From Takakia lepidozioides (Eukaryota > Plantae > Bryophyta): a stretch of 64,000 nt of DNA. The notes below the pieces were generated by a model. It ran no database searches, was not told the origin of the DNA, and worked only from the letters and a program-made list of their open reading frames with translations. The translations under genes were made by a program, and so were the position numbers. Of the stretch, positions 24,916 through 35,342 are shown piece by piece (positions within the stretch are counted from its first letter, which is position 1; the number at the start of each line of letters is the position of its first letter). The DNA lies in contig CM060734.1 in assembly GCA_030704615.1 (NCBI GenBank), positions 12,958,001-13,022,000 of the forward strand, read 5' to 3'.

Positions 24916-26329
24916 CTTAAAATATACACAAGAACACAGGTGTTACGTAGGATTCAGCATAACATGATCAGTTGTATGAAGTTAATAAAAATCTAGGTGC
25001 AGCATTTGAACGGAATCAAATTATGGACGTACAGAGTTCAGTTTTCGTCATACCAATAGTATATATCAACAAGGCAAGTTCGTGAGGGTTTGTAGCAGAG
25101 AAAAAAGACAGGGTTTCGGCGTTTTAAAGGACATGGCTCTATGATGGAAGAGAAACAGCGGGTTCAAAAATCCAAGTACGTGTCATCCACTAGCAATAGG
25201 TAGAGGAGCTGCATCACATACATTTGTAATTATGAAACAAATCCATAAATCTACAGTAATGAATCCGGAGGATTGGGAGTCAGTCACTTTTGGCAATAGC
25301 TGCGCGTACACCGTCCCTGCACCATCCTTCTTAGACCCACGTTTGAAGAACCGGCAGCAGCCAACGGCACTGCTTGGTGCCACTGGTTGTGGAGGTGTCA
25401 CAAAATATGCTGGTATGGCCTGCTGCACAGAAGCTCCACGACCTTGCCTAACTCCATCCGATCCTCTCAAACAATCCACCTCTAGAGACACTCCCGACTC
25501 CACCCCGGTAGCGTCCGCCATCACCCCTCCCTCCCTGCGTGTCCACCTCCCTGCCTGTATCAGATTGTTTCCCTCTATGATTGCATATGCATGATTAGGT
25601 GCGTACACGTGCCGGAACTACATACGTACGTACACACACGACGTGGACACATTCATCTAGGCAGAGGACTATGCATCCATATCCACAAACATCCGTCCAT
25701 AAAAAGTGCATTCGTTTGTGTCAAATCAAACCGCATACATTGAATTTCATCCCGGCCATCCCGGAGAATGTTTCATTCAAACACAACGACATTCATCCAT
25801 TTCCAAACATGCAAGGGCTTGGTATGTACACCACGTCTAAATCAGTCTATTCCATGTGGGCGATTTTCACATGTCCAAGCCTCAATTCCAGTCTGGCTAA
25901 CTTTTGGGTCTGGGGATCTGCACTGTAAGCTGCTACTACGCTTGGATTGGTAAGAAAGCTTCATGTAACCAGCACACTCATTCTCTCTCACTTTGGCAAT
26001 CGCACACTAATCACATTGATGTTATAACACAAGGGTCGGGGGTGGGATGGATGTAAAAGATGTCGTCTGCAATGACTGAAAAGGGTAAATCAATCCGCGG
26101 AAATAGGTGCCTCCCGCGGAAATACGCCCTGTAAGTTCATAATTCCAAGATGGCTCACGGGCTCCTGGGCTCACAAGCACACGCATCCATGCTCACGGAA
26201 TAGCAACCCCCAGATCAGACCGGTGTTACCTTTTTGCGGTCTTATCAAAGATGGGGTTCGGACCCTTATTCCTCTCTTGGATAAGAGTTCTTCTCTCTTC
26301 TGCCTCGAGTAAGGTGGTGGTTAACAGTC

Positions 26330-27484
26330 TGCTCTCCAAATCCTTTCTTCTAGTCTAGCGTTCTGTGAGGCAGGGTTGTCATCTTTCGCCCTTCTTGTTT
26401 GTTCTAGCAGCGGATGGTATGGGCCATCTCTTGGATGGAGACCCAACTCGGGTTTTTGGGGTTCATCTAGTGACCGGCGGACAACTTGCATCTCAAGTCC
26501 TCTATGTATGCTGATGACACCATCCTCTATTTGAAGAACTCGCAGCCAGAGAATATCCAAGATGCCTTCAATGCTCTCTGAGGTGTTCTACCTTGCCTCT
26601 GGCTTCTCCATTAATTGGCAGGAATCGATTGGCTTGCAGCTCTCCAGGAACAGGGTGGCCGCCATCCCACACATCCCAGCTTTGGGTTTAGACAAGGGCA
26701 TCACTTGGCTCCAAGACGGTGAGTCTCACCTTTTGCTTGGCCACATGATCGGTCACAGACTCCCACATCATCATCGTTTCGAGCCTATCCTTGCAAAAAT
26801 CAAAGCTAAACTCATGTACTGGAGTTCAACTCGTCTGTCCATTGCCGGTAGGGTTCTTATCACTAACCAGGTCCTTCTAGCTTCAATTTGGTTTATTGCC
26901 TCAGTTTGGGACCTTTGGGCTTGTTGCTTGCCAAGAAGATCATGACGGCTCTTGTTTGTAATTTCATTTGGGGAAGGTCCTCCTCCCCGGGGATCTCCCA
27001 TCGGTCCTTACTCTCTTAGAAGCAACTTTGTATGAAGAAAAATCACGGCAATCTAGGGGTCCTTGACTTTGAGTCCCAAGCTACAGCTCTCTGGCAAAGT
27101 GGATTCCTAGGTCCTTGACTTCCTCTGCCCCCCGGTCCCGCCTTCTCAGATCCTCAATTTCTCTGTCTTGCCCCTCCTCTTCTCCATATTGGCTCCCATC
27201 CCTTCATTGGCTTATGCAGGGTGGTAAACATAATTCTTCCTCCCTTCACGCCTCCCAGGATTGGACAACCATTTGGAAGGCTTGGCATTCCATCCGCCCT
27301 CACCTCACTCAATTATCTCCTAGCTCTTGTGAGGAGATTCTCAGGTAGAATATTTTTGGCAACTATAACATGGATAGTGAAGCCCTTGTTGACTGCTCAA
27401 AGCGTTGGGCTTTATGGGAAAAGGCAGGTTTGGCTAATATCTCTGACTTCTAATTCCCTGGGAATCGGATTCTTTCTTTAAGGG
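26330..27484 (+). mobile_element. Degenerate L1-like LINE ORF2 (RT) fragment; target of element A
   Basis: MYADDTILYL at ~26505, SGFSINWQES, LSIAGRVLITNQVLLASIWF. Sequence after the TSD at 53952 is plausibly the continuation. Confidence 0.85.
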
Positions 27485-27840
27485 TGTCAATTTAAATAAG
27501 CACAGTGTGAAAACAACTAGAATAAAGCTAGTTATTTGTATTTAACACTTGGATTTAGGTCAAGTGTTAAATCAGGTGTCAAGTTTAGTTTGACACCTGA
27601 ACCGTCTTATCTTCACGAGAGCGGCAGTCGCGCAGCTCATCTCTCTCGAGTTGAGCCTGCGCGACCGAGCTCCTTCATGCGTTTAGATCTGAGTGTGCTT
27701 ATGATGGGAGTGTAGGTTGTTGTGGGGTGGAGTCCCATAGCGTGGGGTGCCCCTGGCTCGACTTCTATTTTAAAGAGTGATAGCGATGGATTTCATATTT
27801 CTTGTGTTGAGAGTGTGTGTCCTTTTTAGCTTGTTTATCA
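27485..27840 (+). repeat. Terminal repeat Y1 of element A (356 bp, TG...CA), containing four hairpins
   Basis: Matches 53505-53861 with ~4 substitutions and 1 indel by eye. Confidence 0.95.
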
Positions 27841-27856
27841 CTCGAGAGAGCTGAGC
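27841..27856 (+). promoter_or_regulatory. Candidate self-priming site in the PBS position of element A
   Basis: CTCGAGAGAGcTGAGC immediately follows Y1 and is the reverse complement (15/16) of GCTCAtCTCTCTCGAG at 27635-27650. No TGG-starting tRNA PBS is present. Confidence 0.6.
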
Positions 27857-28157
27857 GTTATCTAGTGTGCTGGTGCTAAGCTAGATACAATGTTTGTTTT
27901 AGCATTATTATAATATATATCTTGGGGCGGGAGTCCATCTGGCCCTGCTGTTTCCATGGGCTGTGCGCGCAGATTTAGTTGTCGTCTCTGCTCGTGAGTT
28001 TGAAAACCAAGAGGTGTGGAGGTTGAAGACTTTGATAGTTGGCTTCCCTACTCTCTTTCACTAGGACGGAGGGAGACGAGACTCGTGTAAACTTTTGGAT
28101 TCGGACCCAAAACAGTCGGGAGTGGCTGGATCACGAAGTGCAAACAGTTTTGTGGTG

Positions 28158-28256
28158 GCTTCCTCTGGTGGAGGTGTTGCTGCTGCACCTGCCGGAGAAA
28201 AGGAGGAAGCGAAGGAGGAGTCTGATGATGACATGGGTTTCAGTCTTTTCGACTAA
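28158..28256 (+). pseudogene. Captured fragment of a 60S acidic ribosomal P-protein (P1/P2-type) C-terminus
   Basis: Translates to ASSGGGVAAAPAGEKEEAKEESDDDMGFSLFD*, the conserved P-stalk tail. No in-frame ATG follows the upstream stop at 28062. Confidence 0.9.
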
Positions 28257-30422
28257 GCTCGGGATGTAGTGTTGCAGCGCATCCGATGGTCTTTCGCAGT
28301 CGACAGTAGGTCGAGCCACAGCCGAATGGAAATGAGGTTGCTGGTAACCCAATTGGAGAAGGTGCAGTTGATGTTATCTCAACTGCAGGTGGCTGCTGAG
28401 CATTACTTAACAGCCGTTTTTATACCTGCGCTGGTGCTGGTAGAGGCTAGGAAGAAGGAGTGAGCTGGAAGATTCCCGCCCTTCTTCAAGCATGCTAGGC
28501 TCAGGGTGGAAGGTTCAACCTACGCGGCTGCTGCTGGAGAGCTAGGAGGTCTGCCACCTATCAGCCTCTGCTCTAGCCTCTCCTCTGCTCTGCTCTGCCT
28601 ATTCTTTGTGAGTTGGATTGTTCCACCGAAGGTAAAGCGCTGGCTGGGATTTGGTGACCAGCGATATTCCGCCAGCATGAGTGGGACTGGCTTCCTTTCC
28701 ATGAAATATTAGGTCTCTCCCGGCTTGGGTTAGTTCCGATTTGCAGGGCAGCAAGTCTGCATTGTTTGTTGTCTCTCGCAATGGCCATTTGCTGCAGGGT
28801 TGGAAGTTCAAGGTCAGGCCCTCAGGTTCCCTTTTCGGGCCAATCTTTGCTGACATTCCGGAAAATCCATACTATGCTATCAGGGTTTTCTGCTTAGCAA
28901 CAGGCCATGTGAACCCTTCTCTCGTGAACGGCCTACACACCAACCCCTTCCTGCATTGGTTCCTTCAGGCACTAGTTACCTTCGCCAATTTGATTCTGGG
29001 GAGTGGGTGTGGAAAGACAGAAACACAGCCCGTTTTTCAAGTACACTGTCAAATTGGACTATAGCCAGCCACTATGAAGGAGTAGTTGTGGGCTGGTTGA
29101 TGTGAGGTTGTCTAGCTGCACATTGCGAGGAAGCAAGCTTTCTTATCTTAGCAAATGGATGGACAGGGTCAGGCTAGATTTTCTAGCAAGTGCGTAAGCT
29201 GCTGTCCAGCAAGGAAAAGCTGATCAGCAATAGAAGCATGAGATGCGGCGTGTGTGACTTGAGATAGATGTACACAGGGAAGGACCAGCCGCGTAGCCTG
29301 CTTTGCGATCAGGTCTTGCATCAGGTCTAGGCGACAGTGGCGGCATTAATGTTTGTGAGACGGGGTGATCTCATATATTAACATTGCAGCCTAGTGAAGG
29401 AAGACCAGGTGAGGCTCTACATACATGACCAGCGGTGCTTTGATCCGGAGTTGCAGTTAGAAATTGTGAGACAAAAAGGAAAAAAAAAACATTGTAGTAC
29501 ATTTGGCATTTCGGCCACCAGCAGGTGCAGGTCCAATTATATCACTTGGTCCTTGAAGTGGTACACCAGGCCGAGCTTCTCCCTTTTGATTTTGCGTTCA
29601 GTTGGAAGCCCGCTATCAGTTCTCAAGATGGGGCAGCTTCATCCCATCGCCTTGGTTCTGTGCATGTCCCTGGTCATGGGGATGTAATAACCACCCTAAG
29701 CCAGTTTAGAGTGGTGTTTGAGGTCCTGGAGAGCTTGAGCGTTTACAGCACCAACGTATACTGTAACCCTCTCTACTATGGCGATCTTCAGGCTGCTCTT
29801 GGGGTATATGCCAATGGTCGATGAAGGTATTAGCACCACCTTGGAAATCACAAATTGAACGTGATGGTCTTATTGCTGTGGTTGATATGTATTTGCCCAG
29901 TACATGAATGGTTGCGGAAAGCCATCCTGGTTGTGGTCACTCTGACAGGGCAGTAGACATGGGCTCTCATACAACAACGATAAGATGGCATTGATAGCAG
30001 CAGCTTCAACAAGGTGTTCTCGTTCTGAAAATCTGGCATACCAATGAGGACATTACCTTTATCATGGTAATTCCACTGTGGAGAGATTGAGTTAAGAATC
30101 TAAGGAATTCTTAGGGAACCAGGGAACAGGGAACCAAGACAAGTATTGAAAAAAAAAAAAAAAAAAAAAAAAAAAACATGTGTTATGTTTAAAGAGCCTG
30201 GTTGGTCATATCTTTGTCAAATGAGCTCCGTTTGACCCAGTTTTGAGGGGATAGCTACAGAAAGGGGATATCTACCTATCTAGACCTGGTTTTTGTTTTT
30301 GAGACTCTGCTAAAAATCTATGGAATTTTTAGAGAGTGAGTGTGCCATGAAAGATCCACAATCCTGTTTCTAGAACCTGTTCTGGTCTACATGAGAGATA
30401 AATCTGGGGATGTACTCCTTGT

Positions 30423-31172
30423 ATGGCTGGGGGGGATGAGGACGTAATTGAAGGGCAGGTCTCTTCTCTTAGCCTATGCACACAAGGGGACAAGATTTAT
30501 GTTTCCCAAGGAACTCAGACTGATTTGAATGGAGAACAGTTGGACGAGTTGATTGCATACTGGGAGTCAGGCATTAGCAGTAGACAACAGACTGCTGTAG
30601 TTGGCGTTGAGGGCCTCAATATCGCTTTGGACAGTCAGAACTCTGTTGGAGCCAGCAGTTCTGTAGCTGTAAGTGAAATACCAAAGTGGATGAAAACTAG
30701 GCTTGGAACACAGCCAAAGACAGCCTCGGGGACCAAGGTGTTCAGCCACAAGGCTATGGTATACTGGAGCAGAGGAGCAGGAGCTACACAAGTTTGTGCA
30801 ATCAGACAGCGTTGCAGCCGGACACGCTCTGCACAAGGCAACCACGAGCGGGGGTTCATTAGCGAGGACAAGTTTGTTCTGTTTGAAGGAGATGCAGTCA
30901 TTCGCAATGAGGACACCCGCAACCATCTCAAAACTTTCGAGTTGAGAGACTATCAGACCCTACCTTTGTTTTCTTTAGTGTTCGGTGAGCGGGAGATAGC
31001 AGAGTGTTGCTTTGTCTCTATCTGGCAGAAAGAGGAGGAGGGTTGGTTAGAGCGAGCTACTGTAGCTTGGGACAAGGTTAGTGGCAGGTTTCTGGACATA
31101 GATATACCTCCTACACCTTACCATCATGCAGAGCGAGGCACTTTGAGAGAAGTCTGGAAGTTGATAGCATAG
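30423..31172 (+). CDS. Extra 249-aa ORF of unknown function upstream of gag in element A
   Basis: Uninterrupted ATG-to-TAG ORF inside the element and in the gag orientation. No recognisable motif. Confidence 0.45.
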   Translation: MAGGDEDVIEGQVSSLSLCTQGDKIYVSQGTQTDLNGEQLDELIAYWESGISSRQQTAVVGVEGLNIALDSQNSVGASSSVAVSEIPKWMKTRLGTQPKTASGTKVFSHKAMVYWSRGAGATQVCAIRQRCSRTRSAQGNHERGFISEDKFVLFEGDAVIRNEDTRNHLKTFELRDYQTLPLFSLVFGEREIAECCFVSIWQKEEEGWLERATVAWDKVSGRFLDIDIPPTPYHHAERGTLREVWKLIA

Positions 31173-31691
31173 ATCAGGATTAGATCTTGCTTGGGCGGGC
31201 TTCTATTCTTCCCCTCCATCTCTGTACTATTTTCATTACCTTGTACTCGTAGTTGCCAAAGCCTCTCTTGGTGGAGGCCAGTCAGTCCGGGGTTTTGGGC
31301 TGGGATATTCTGCAGGATCAGCATTGCAGCTGGATTTTGGTGTGGGGGTGTTGATGTTTTGATTTCTTGTGTTTGGATCCCCCCCAACACCTGCATGCTT
31401 GACTGTGCGCCATGTTGGTTTTGTGTGGGCGCTTGCTTTCATAGGGATTAGGCCGGATTTGATCACCGGTCAATCCTAGAGTATGCTGTCGGTGGTGAGG
31501 CTGGAGTGATGACTAGCAAGACCACCAGTGTTTCTTCTATGGTGAGGCTGGGTTGATGACCAGCCAACCATAGGAGTTCTTGCGGTGGATGCAGGTGCAG
31601 GTGCCCTGAGCCATTGGGATATGACCCTTAGACTGCAACAGGTGCCCACCCGTGTCACTATTAGATTAGTACTAGAGCCTTATAGTGTCAC

Positions 31692-34160
31692 GTGGAGGAG
31701 GTGCACATTGTGAGTGTCATTACGGAGTTACCCAAGGGTTTTGAGGGGAGTACGGCTACAGGCAGTAACAGTGAGAGTGGGTTCACAAGACGAGGTATTC
31801 GGTTCAGACCACCTTCACCGCCACCCTCAACTACTGTAGAGTCAGACACAGACTCGGAGGCTTCATCAACAGGTGTGCAGTTTCATTCGCCATTGTTGTG
31901 GGACGACATGGAGGAGATGTATGGAGCTACCAAGGGGCCTCGTAGGTACTCTGGAGCTGTGGGCACAATCGAGTTGGATGACTTTATCCAGGAGTTCGAC
32001 AGCTGGTGTGATTTGCAGCAGATGCGCAATCCACAGCTATTCACCCCATTCATGGCGTGGAAGGGACTGTTCCAGCATTTGGAAGGCCCGCCTATGGACG
32101 ATTACCACGAGTTCAGGCGAGGACATGAAGCAGAGATTGAGGAGTGGAGGTTGAATTGGTCACCTGACTATGTCTCCATTACTCGAGGCACGACGCGACC
32201 AGTAGCTGCATCAGTACCAATATCTCCCACTGCCAGCACTAGTAGTGGAGCAAGTAGTGCCGGTACTTCTGCAGGTGGTACCAGTTCAAAAGGTGCTACT
32301 ACTCCTCCTGCCACGACTACAACACATGTGCCTAGATTCAACCTGGTGGTGGAGTTCTTCCAGGAGTTGCGGAGGAACTACCAAGGTGTACGGACAGAGA
32401 AGCTGCGAAGTTTGCAAGACTTCCAGCGCAAACCCAGTGAGAGCTTGCGAGAGGCCTACACTTGTATGAGGCGCTTGATAAGTGTGACGCAAGGGGTTAC
32501 TGAAGCTCAGGCAATCTAGTTCTGGTATGGAATTTTGGACAAGGAGCTCAGGAGAAGGGTGCGGGATGCAACCCTGTTACAAGCAGCCCAACCCACATTA
32601 GCAGATGTGTTTCTGCTGGCTGAGCGGATTGAGCTCAACATGGTGGAGGAGCGAGTTGTTACCATTGGGTTTGGCAAGGACATGCCTGCACGAGGCGCAG
32701 CTGCCAGCCCACAGGCACAAGGGACTGCCCAACAGCGTGGTCAGGGGGGCAAGGTTTCCCAACCCAAGTTCCATGGAGCTTACAGGGGACCTCAGGTGCA
32801 GAGGCCCGTGGCATCTTTTGCAGGCCAACAGCAACCAGGGGTGATATGTTGGACATGTGGAGGACCCCATGTCAAGAGAGATTGCCCAGAGAGTGGCAAA
32901 AGGCCGGCACAAACACAGCCTGCACAGTTGCAGTGTGGGCATTGTGGCAAGTATGGGCATGGAGATGCCCAGTGTTATGACTTGCATCCTGAGTTGCGCC
33001 CAGGCCAGTTCCAAGGGAACAATGGTGGCCGGGGGCGAGGTGGACCAGCCCAGAGAGGACAAGGTGGTCAGGCACGAGGTGCAGGCCAAGGGCAAGCTCA
33101 ACATGGCCAAGGACGCGGAGGTCAGGGTGTTGACCAAGGCATGGCCAACCGGCTTCAGCAGCTAGAGCAGAGGCTCGCTGCCATGGCTACAGCTCACGCG
33201 GTACCGACTCCCAGGCGGGATGGTCCACCTCCTATTCCTGAGGGAGGAGATATGGGAGGCATGGGATTCATGTGCGGAGCAGCACTACCACTAGAGCAAG
33301 TGGAGTCTGCTGCAGCCGTGACTCGAGAAGCAGCACGAGTTCCTGAGCCACGAGGTGCAGAGGTGGAATTGGATGCACAGCATGGGGAGGCAAGCCGTCA
33401 GGCGAGGCTTCCTCAGTCATTCACATTGGCGGAGACTGTGTCGACGTCATCCATGGCACCTAGTTCTCGCCCGACTGTTACCGAGGCGGAGGTTACTATG
33501 CCATTGGGGAGAGCTACACGTGCAGCACTGACACCTGCTACCAAGGCTAGTGCAGCCGGTGTGTTATTGGGGGCAGCCACCTCTGTGTGTCAAGCCCCAC
33601 TGTTCTCGGCAACCATGATTGCGACGCCGGGGGTAAGGCCAGCTGCAGTGTTCAGACTAGCAGCAACACTCTGTGAGAGTGGGGAGGTCACTTCATCTTC
33701 TTCGGAGTTAGTGGAAGGTGTAGTGGCAGAGGGATCCTCGGATTTGAGGGTCAAGACTGCCACGGCTGCGCCCTGGCAAGCTGCAGCTGCCAAGTTGACG
33801 GAGCTGCCAGCTAGGCCAGCCTTTGAGCGCGCCATGGTGACATCTGGAGTTGTCTTGTTAGACAACCAGGATGGCATTTTCTCTTTGAGTGGACCGGCAG
33901 GCAAGAAGTACCGGCCACTGCGGGTCTTGTTGGACTCGGGAGCTAAGCCACTGATGTTGGGTAGGGCTGCTATTGCAGGTTTGGGCCTCATGGAGGCGGA
34001 TATGGAGCCTTGTCCTTTCCAGATACAGACATCTCTGGGAGGATCAGAGCAGGCTCGGGGCATGACTCAGTTGGCCATTAGACTGCAGCCGGATCACCCT
34101 ACAGATGGCTCAGTGATGCGAGCCAAGGCCATTGTGACAGACGCGGTCTCTTACGATGTC
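31692..34160 (+). CDS. Element A Gag (two CCHC knuckles) and aspartic protease; one premature TAG at 32517; truncated by the B insertion
   Basis: FQRKPSESLREAY gag motif, CWTCGGPHVKRDC, CGHCGKYGHGDAQC, protease VLLDSGA. Confidence 0.9.
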
Positions 34161-34179
34161 TCCCAGTATGGTCGCCAAA

Positions 34180-34998
34180 TGTCGCGCGGCTTTTACTCAC
34201 CCATCCCTTCGCTATCCGAGGCGGAAACTCCAAGATAGAAGAGTTGGAAATCTCTAAGTACTCAGCCCGCGCAGAACAATCAGTCATGACCTACAGCTAG
34301 TGTATCATGGGGGTGTTTCCTATGCATTTCCCTTTTTGCATTCATCTTAGCTACCTTTGGCATTGATAATTAAGTATCAGTTTGCTTCATCAATCTATCG
34401 GTTTCCTTCACTCATCCATTCAATCCACAGCTTCTCTCAGATCTCTCTACACAGTGTGATTGTATCGTATAAGTATCAGATTATGATTTATCAGGTATCA
34501 GGCCGAAGTCATTATGTCTCTATTCTGCTCTCCAATATCACTACAGCTTTGCATATAACAAGCATCTACTAATCCTCTTTCCTCCTTCATCGTGCTCTCC
34601 ATCTCTTGCCTCCGATCTCCGCTCCTGCCTGACTCCGAAGTCCCCCCCCTTCATTCCCCGTTTCTCCCTTTTATCCTCCTATCCGCGGTTCTAACCGTTT
34701 CCCTCTCTAACCGTCGTCTGTGAACTAACATGTTCCCTTCACAGGTGTTGTTCCCCACAGTCGTTCCCTATTATCGTGACAGCTGTGTCAAGCGGTGACT
34801 GGCTGTGTTTGGCTGTGTCGGGCTGTGACTGGCTGTGTGGGCTGTGTCTGCTGTGACGACCGTGACGGGCTGTGTGGGCTGTGACGACTGTGACGGGCTG
34901 TGTTGGCTGTGTGCCCTGTGACTGCTGTGACGACTGTGACGGGCTGTGTGGGCTGTGACGACTGTGACGGGCTGTGTTGGCTGTGTGGCCTGTGACTG
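34180..34998 (-). repeat. Partial family B LTR (3' portion), followed by TT and an 18-nt PBS/tRNA-like copy at 34160-34177
   Basis: Near-identical to 41584-~42440. Merges into the post-pol CACAGCC array at ~34999. Confidence 0.9.
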
Positions 34999-35342
34999 GC
35001 TGTGATGCACTGTGGTAAGCTGTGATAGGCTGTGACACGCTGTGGTATGTTGTTATAGGCTGTGTTGCGTCGTGATGGGCTGTGATAGGCTGTGTCACGT
35101 TTGTTTTGCCCACCCTGGTCGTATATGCTGGGCCTAGCAACTAGTGTTCCATACTCCGTTCGTAACACTGGTGCAGCCCGTGACTGCTCTTGCGGTTCAA
35201 CATGCAAATCATGCTGCAGGGGTTTGTCATGGATACCACTGTACCCCTTCAACTTATTTGCATTCACTCTTCCCAGCATTTCTTTGTTAATGGTTTGTAA
35301 CATGGCAGTGTTGTTATCATACATCTTTTGTATGACATAAGG

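Noticed and set aside
30149-30176. Poly(A) tail of a SINE or retrocopy
   Set aside because: No TSD or Pol III boxes could be identified around it.
34160-34177. tRNA gene
   Set aside because: Only 18 nt of a tRNA 3' end is present, with no cloverleaf.
34739-35140. His/Ser/Thr-rich ORFs (also 42174-42536 and 46969-47220)
   Set aside because: These are translations of the CACAGCC minisatellite in LTRs, not independent genes.
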